IMG/VR virus record: IMGVR_UViG_3300045919_000415 | Span: 1 to 61,702 of that record | Origin: a virus | Lineage: Duplodnaviria > Caudoviricetes | DNA length: 61,702 nucleotides | Direction: 5' to 3' (one strand) | Shown: positions 56,520 to 61,702 of the stretch, one piece after another | How the letters are laid out: each line of letters starts with the position of its first letter | How positions within the stretch are numbered: the first letter of the stretch is position 1 | Notes under the pieces: model-generated | What the model was told of the DNA's origin: nothing | What the model saw: only the letters and a program-made list of their open reading frames with translations | The model's database searches: none | Position numbers and translations under genes: made by a program

Positions 56520-57017
56520 TTATACTCCTACAGGTGCAGCAGCTGGCTTCTTGCCCGCCATCGGCGGTTTCCCGCCGTGCTGATCAATGGTCGACAGCAT
56601 CTTGTCCGGGTCGATGTGAAATTTCTGCAGTACGATGCCGAGCATGGCCTGCATCGCCTTGCCTTCATCTTGCGGTGTGACGGGGAGCGAGTTGGTCTTC
56701 TTCACGTAGTCGAGCGCTTGGGCGACCAAATACAAGCCGGCGGGCACGAGCACTTGGGGTGGCAGTGTCTGGTTGCTTTGCTTGTAGACGTAGAGCACCA
56801 CGCTGGCGATACCCGAGCCGATCTTCATTCCTGTGTCGCCGGGCTTCTGGAGATACTGCGCCACCATGTCGTGGGTGTTCTTGTCGAACAGAATCTTCAT
56901 GCCTGCCGCACAGGTGCGGGTGTAAGCCTCGTGGAATTGCGGAGGAACCTTGAAGTGTTGTTGCAGCCCTTGCGGAGTGATCTGACCGCCACCAGCTTGT
57001 TGAACGATGCCTGACAT
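56520..57017 (-). CDS. Hypothetical virion protein
   Basis: 165 aa, AGMKILF...PPQVLVPAG. Confidence 0.55.
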   Translation of the reverse strand: MSGIVQQAGGGQITPQGLQQHFKVPPQFHEAYTRTCAAGMKILFDKNTHDMVAQYLQKPGDTGMKIGSGIASVVLYVYKQSNQTLPPQVLVPAGLYLVAQALDYVKKTNSLPVTPQDEGKAMQAMLGIVLQKFHIDPDKMLSTIDQHGGKPPMAGKKPAAAPVGV

Positions 57018-57029
57018 GTCGATCTCCCC

Positions 57030-58169
57030 TTAACCTTGTGAACCGTTGATCAAGCCGGGTGTCGGCTGATTCGGTTGCCATTGCTGGCCAATTTGAAGCT
57101 GTGCCGAATTCGGTACGAAACGCGTCGGATCTTGTGGTCCGCCTGCGAACGGTTGAGCGTTCGGATTGTACCCAATGCTCGTGCCACTTGCACCTATCAC
57201 ACTGTTGTTGTAGTTCGCCATGCGCTGCTTCTCATAGTTGAACTTGTCACGCGCGAGCTGCGCCTCCATCAAGGCTGCACGGTCCTTGCCGCTGGGGGCG
57301 AATTGCTGCATGGCGGCTTGCACCAAGCCCCCACCCATCTTGACCATTGTCTGGTTCTTGTCAATCCACTTGCCGGGGTCAGCTGTAAAGTTCTTCCAGA
57401 ATCCACCGCCACCGGGTTGGGGCGCTGCGGTATCCCACGGACCTGCCTGTGCCGCCGGCATCTGCGTGGTGCCTGCGCCTGAGCCAGTGTTGACGTTGGC
57501 ACCGGCAGGTGTGTTCGGTGCAGATACGTTGGCATCAGGCGCCGGAGTTGCGGCGCTTGACCCGGAGATCGGCGCGGTAGGTTGCGCGGCCAGATCTGCA
57601 GCGCCTGACGAACTCACCAAGTTAGGATCATTCGTCACGTTGTGGGCCGCGCCACTGAACTCGCTCCCCGGGGTTGTAGGCAAGGATGCCGTGCCTGTAG
57701 GGGCGTTGAGCGCCGTGTCCACCGTGGTGGAATTCGCTACGTTTCCAGTTGCGTCGACGGGGGTGTTCAAGTCCGACAAAGCCGTGTTGCCGATAGACTG
57801 ATCCGCCGCGGCATTCGTCACCGGCTTGGCTATGACATCGGGGGTGTTTGCGACAATTGAGTCTGGAGCATTGGCCAGCGTGGTGGAGGAGGTTGCCAAA
57901 TCTTTTGCAACTGCAATCCCCATGTTGGCGACACCTGCCGCCAATCCGAGGTAACCGCCAATTTTCTCAAGCGACTTGTTTTGAGTGATACCGCCGACAA
58001 TACTCAAAGCCCCAGCGGCGTACATCATCCCGGCTACTACAGCATCGGCAGCGCCCGTCGCGGCAACCACCTCCATCACCCCGACGACAATCGTGATGGG
58101 GTCTGCGAAGGCTGAGCTGCAGGTGGTCAGCAGTGCCAAGCCAAGCATGAACATTCCGAATCGTTTCAT
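57030..58169 (-). CDS. DNA-transfer/ejection protein with hydrophobic N-terminus
   Basis: ATG 58169 with AAGGA RBS; Gly/Ala-rich TM-like segments. Confidence 0.55.
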   Translation of the reverse strand: MKRFGMFMLGLALLTTCSSAFADPITIVVGVMEVVAATGAADAVVAGMMYAAGALSIVGGITQNKSLEKIGGYLGLAAGVANMGIAVAKDLATSSTTLANAPDSIVANTPDVIAKPVTNAAADQSIGNTALSDLNTPVDATGNVANSTTVDTALNAPTGTASLPTTPGSEFSGAAHNVTNDPNLVSSSGAADLAAQPTAPISGSSAATPAPDANVSAPNTPAGANVNTGSGAGTTQMPAAQAGPWDTAAPQPGGGGFWKNFTADPGKWIDKNQTMVKMGGGLVQAAMQQFAPSGKDRAALMEAQLARDKFNYEKQRMANYNNSVIGASGTSIGYNPNAQPFAGGPQDPTRFVPNSAQLQIGQQWQPNQPTPGLINGSQG

Positions 58170-58540
58170 GTCTTCTTCCTTTGAATCCAAGGTGGCAGAT
58201 CCGCCATCATGTAATAAGTGAAGGTCGAGTCCGACCACGTTTCTTGAAACCCAATGCGCCGTACAAAATCGTTATTTTCGCTGCCCAGCAAAATTCGTGT
58301 CGTCAGATAAGGGAAGTGAGCCAGCAGCGGCTCAAAGAATTCCCGCGCAATGCGACGATTGATTACGCGATGACGGTACTCCGGCAACACAGCGAAGTGA
58401 ATCTCCGTACCCAACATGAACCCACACGCCGCCAATTCGCCGTCGACCAAAATCGGCACCGGCGTCCAGCGGTACAGCTCCTCTGCTACCTCCGAAGAAA
58501 AGGTGCCGCGCTCGAGGAAAGGCGAGATGTAGGGTGACAT
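58166..58540 (-). CDS. GNAT-fold internal virion protein
   Basis: EIHFAVLPEYR...FVRRIGF; position typical of T7 gp13-like genes. Confidence 0.6.
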   Translation of the reverse strand: MSPYISPFLERGTFSSEVAEELYRWTPVPILVDGELAACGFMLGTEIHFAVLPEYRHRVINRRIAREFFEPLLAHFPYLTTRILLGSENNDFVRRIGFQETWSDSTFTYYMMADLPPWIQRKKT

Positions 58541-60243
58541 CAGAAGGTGTTACCGCCGACATACGTTTTCATGGTCTTGGGATTGATCCACGTTTTTGTG
58601 CGGGCATTGTAGGTGTAGCCGTTTTGCTGAAGCGTTGCATCAGGGGCAAAATAGCCTGTCCCGTTCGGGTCTGACGATTGAGCCCCGGGAGGTGAGCCAC
58701 TGCCGGGAGGTGAGCCACTGCCGGGAGTCGAGCCGTCTCCAGCCGCCGGGGTTGCGCCACCAGCCGAGCCTCCGGCATTGGTGTTGAATTCAGATCCAAG
58801 AATTCCTGACAAGTCCAGATTGTCCAGTTTGCCAAGGTAGCCCAGTGACGAGTGCAGGTTGTTCAGCAGTTGGTTGATGTTGGCTGTTTTCGCTGCGGCC
58901 CCTAGATCCTTGTCATTCATGATCGATGCCATCTGCGCCATGGTCTGGCTGTACAGCTGCGCACCGGAACTGTTCGCCTGCATCAGCACCTGATAGTTCG
59001 CTTGGATGTTGGCCAGCGAGTTCTTGGTGGCGCTGTCGAGGTTGGCCAACTGCAACTGGTCCTGCGCCGAAGCGTTCGCCATCGATGCCTTGAGACCTGC
59101 GTCGTATTGCGCCATCGAAGCTTGGTTCGCTGCGTTCGTGTTCTGCTGCGCTGTCGACACGCCCGCTTGGAACTTGGCAGCTTCGGCCTGATTCTTCGCC
59201 GCAGCAGTCTGCAGCGCAGCCTGCGAATCTGCTGCGAACTTCGTCTGCTGCGCGGTGTTTGCGGCTCCGGCGTTCTGTGATGCGGCTTGCTGCTCGGCAC
59301 TGTACTTCTGCGCGGTGGCCGTATTGTCGGCATTTGCGTTGAGCTCATTGACCTGCGTCTCAGCGCCAGCCTTCGTGAGGTTGAGTGTGTTGGCCGCGCC
59401 TGCGTTCACTTGTGCGTTGCTCGTATCGGCGCTGAACTGCGCACCCGTCTTGGTGTTGTCTGCCGCAGCGTTGAACTGCCCAGCCGACGCGTTGGTGCTC
59501 GCATCTTGCTGCGCGATCGGAAGCGCGCTCTGGTACATTGCGGCTTGCCCGGCCTGCTGAGCCATGCTTGAATTCACCAACCCGCGCGTGCTCATGTCTT
59601 CGAGCGCTTTGGTTTGGGCCATCTGCATCAAAGGGCTGTTATCAGCAATGAGGCCTTTCATCTGGCCAGCTACGGTCGATTTGTCGTCGATGTTCCACTT
59701 CGAGACGTCACCGTAGGTTGCCCCTTTGACATCTGTTGCCGGGTTGTATGTACCGGTTTTAGCCTTGGTCACATCCCCGTATGAAACATTCTTCACATCG
59801 GTGGTGGGAGCGTAGTCGGGCGCGTTCGTGCTCGTCACAGGGCCGTAGTCGGGATTGACTGTTTTTGTCATGTCAGGAGCCGAACCGGCACTGACCTTTG
59901 ACGCGGCAGCGTACGGATTGGTGGCCGGATCCCCGACAGGTGGTGTATCGGCGTGCGGCGGGTTGGCACTTCCATCTGTCGCCGTGGCACCCGTGTTTTC
60001 ATTGAAGTTCGGGTTACCACCTGCGTACTTCGTTCCGTCACCCATCGCCGCGGTGTTCTGCAAAGTATTGTCCCAAGTGTTTCCTTGGGTGTCCGTAAAT
60101 GTTCCAGTGGGAGGTGGCGGCGTCTGCGAACCCGCAACCAGACCCGAGTTTGAAGCAGGCGGAGCGATTCCTGTACCCGTCTTGCCACCAGTCGTCAGGT
60201 TGGTGATCGCGGTGTCCACAATACCGGAGTTTGCTGTTGCCAT
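58540..60243 (-). CDS. Ejection/pilot-like protein with Q/A/N-rich repeats
   Basis: RGLVNSSMA..AG..A...ALPIAQQDA; NAxAxN repeats. Confidence 0.6.
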   Translation of the reverse strand: MATANSGIVDTAITNLTTGGKTGTGIAPPASNSGLVAGSQTPPPPTGTFTDTQGNTWDNTLQNTAAMGDGTKYAGGNPNFNENTGATATDGSANPPHADTPPVGDPATNPYAAASKVSAGSAPDMTKTVNPDYGPVTSTNAPDYAPTTDVKNVSYGDVTKAKTGTYNPATDVKGATYGDVSKWNIDDKSTVAGQMKGLIADNSPLMQMAQTKALEDMSTRGLVNSSMAQQAGQAAMYQSALPIAQQDASTNASAGQFNAAADNTKTGAQFSADTSNAQVNAGAANTLNLTKAGAETQVNELNANADNTATAQKYSAEQQAASQNAGAANTAQQTKFAADSQAALQTAAAKNQAEAAKFQAGVSTAQQNTNAANQASMAQYDAGLKASMANASAQDQLQLANLDSATKNSLANIQANYQVLMQANSSGAQLYSQTMAQMASIMNDKDLGAAAKTANINQLLNNLHSSLGYLGKLDNLDLSGILGSEFNTNAGGSAGGATPAAGDGSTPGSGSPPGSGSPPGAQSSDPNGTGYFAPDATLQQNGYTYNARTKTWINPKTMKTYVGGNTF

Positions 60244-60246
60244 TGC

Positions 60247-60783
60247 TTAACCTCGATTGTCAGTCTTGATGTTAGGGTCTGCCTGCATCTTGCCGCGGAA
60301 CCACGATGCGATTCCCAAGATCGGCAGCACGGTCCCGTTGATGGCGGCCAAAGATCCAAGCACCATCGGGAGTTGCGCAATCGCAACCGTGGCTTGCGGC
60401 ACGCCGTAGATCGTGGCCCCGAACACGCCGAGCACCAGCACGCTCGCCGCAGCCGTATTGAATCCCACGCACAAACCGATGATGGGACGCCATGAATAGG
60501 TCGGCCAGTGCTCGCTCTTGTCCTCCACTTGCATCGTCGCGTTGATGTCTGTCGCGTTCTGAACTGCAAGTTTTTGAAACTCCACTTCCTGATCCAGCAC
60601 GGCTTGGCGATACTTGAGCACCAGATTCGGATCAGCTTTCAGCGCGGCCAATGCCGCATCGCCCGATCCAGTGGTGCCCGTCACGGTGTTCGCAATGTCG
60701 ATGGCTTTCTGGGCCATACCTGCAGCCTTGTCACTACCAGTGATCCAGCGGGTAAGTTGCGGCACGAACTGGGCCAGACCCAT
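60247..60783 (-). CDS. Holin-like membrane protein (3TM/GTA-holin type)
   Basis: WRPIIG plus hydrophobic helices and ILG.ASW.RG..Q; possible ATC start at 60804. Confidence 0.65.
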   Translation of the reverse strand: MGLAQFVPQLTRWITGSDKAAGMAQKAIDIANTVTGTTGSGDAALAALKADPNLVLKYRQAVLDQEVEFQKLAVQNATDINATMQVEDKSEHWPTYSWRPIIGLCVGFNTAAASVLVLGVFGATIYGVPQATVAIAQLPMVLGSLAAINGTVLPILGIASWFRGKMQADPNIKTDNRG

Positions 60784-60935
60784 CGCAATGGTTATCGGGT
60801 CGATGCTATTTCTCCTGAAAGTGGACGCAACTGTCCGTGCTTCATTGTAAGGGCTTCAAGGGTTTGGCACCAGCCTTGAGGAGCTGGTCGCGTCCCTGTT
60901 CCATGTCTTCGTCGCTTGTCGGCATTTGACGACCA

Positions 60936-61526
60936 TCAATACCGGCGACGATATTGGACTTGTGTACTGACACCGGAATAAAACGCAGGCCACTGATCTC
61001 CACGCGTTTGCGTCTGTCGAATGTTGACCGTGAAGACATTCCCTTTGGACATGTACCCGATTCCGAGAATCGGCGACGCGTTGAATTTCGGATCATGGGT
61101 GACGTGCAAGTGTTGGGCGGGACATGATTCACACGGCCGCCAGTCTGGAACTGTCATGCTCCACGTTGGCCGATACACGTACACCCCGGTTTCCAAGAAA
61201 AAGTTTCCATCGCTCCAAAGCTTGGAAACATAGAGTCCTTCGACCTTGCCTTCACCGTACCAGTGGGACAGTGGCCATTTTGCGTTTGCGCCGTTGAGGT
61301 TGTAATCCGCATCACTGGGTGTGGCCAGTGCGCTTGTCGTGACCCGGCCAAAATACTCGTAGCCGAATCGGTAATCTTTCGAGGCAGCACCGATCGCAAA
61401 GTTCGGGGAACGCGTGTTCAGTACGTGAGGGAACGGCTCCTGATACCAGACCCCGTCGGGCTGGTGGCTGAAGTTGCTATAACCAACGGCGAGCTCGAGG
61501 CTCAGCAGGGCGGCGATCATCATCAT
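60936..61526 (-). CDS. Putative outer-membrane beta-barrel protein
   Basis: Hydrophobic N-terminus, alternating aromatic beta-strands, C-terminal QVQYRRRY. Confidence 0.5.
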   Translation of the reverse strand: MMMIAALLSLELAVGYSNFSHQPDGVWYQEPFPHVLNTRSPNFAIGAASKDYRFGYEYFGRVTTSALATPSDADYNLNGANAKWPLSHWYGEGKVEGLYVSKLWSDGNFFLETGVYVYRPTWSMTVPDWRPCESCPAQHLHVTHDPKFNASPILGIGYMSKGNVFTVNIRQTQTRGDQWPAFYSGVSTQVQYRRRY

Positions 61527-61702
61527 GTGTATGCGAACGTGATTCGCCCCGTTGATCCGTTGCCACCGTTGGCGCCGCTGTAAGACGCAGCACCCCCACC
61601 GCCCGGAGCCGAACCGACACCCGAGGCCACGTCACCCCCACCGTTCGGAGCGCCCATGCCGGTTGCGATGCCACTACCAATGGAGTTGTTGCCTGCGGTA
61701 TT
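61521..61702. repeat. 182-bp direct repeat, copy 2 (3' part of Gly-rich tail gene; circular junction)
   Basis: Matches 229-410 with one substitution. Confidence 0.95.

Overview
Near-complete ~61.3-kb dsDNA tailed-phage genome of podovirus type (N4-gp56-family capsid, P22-like portal/terminase, ejection proteins, 3252-aa polyvalent protein). The host is probably a proteobacterium (inference). The contig closes on itself via a 182-bp repeat (229-410 = 61521-61702) and carries a divergent second allele of the last gene at 1-234. Modules: structural/late operon on the minus strand (61526 to 45519 and 21951 to 231); an early, host-takeover operon on the plus strand (22.2-28.6 kb); Q-like antiterminator, helicase, VRR-NUC and primase (minus, 28.6-35.3 kb); and a replication operon (plus, 35.6-45.5 kb: DUF2800 nuclease, SSB, HD hydrolase, family A polymerase, dNMP kinase). 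Main discovery: six 52-nt type II hammerhead ribozymes punctuate the early operon. Each lies 0-4 nt after a stop codon and just before the next RBS, with intact cores and covarying stems. They bound gene cassettes that include a T3-like SAM lyase and an AcrIII-1 (DUF1874) ring nuclease. This looks like a self-cleaving, ribozyme-segmented anti-defence transcript whose ribozyme halves appear to have been reassorted between copies. No database searches were run; all protein calls rest on motif recognition and gene context.
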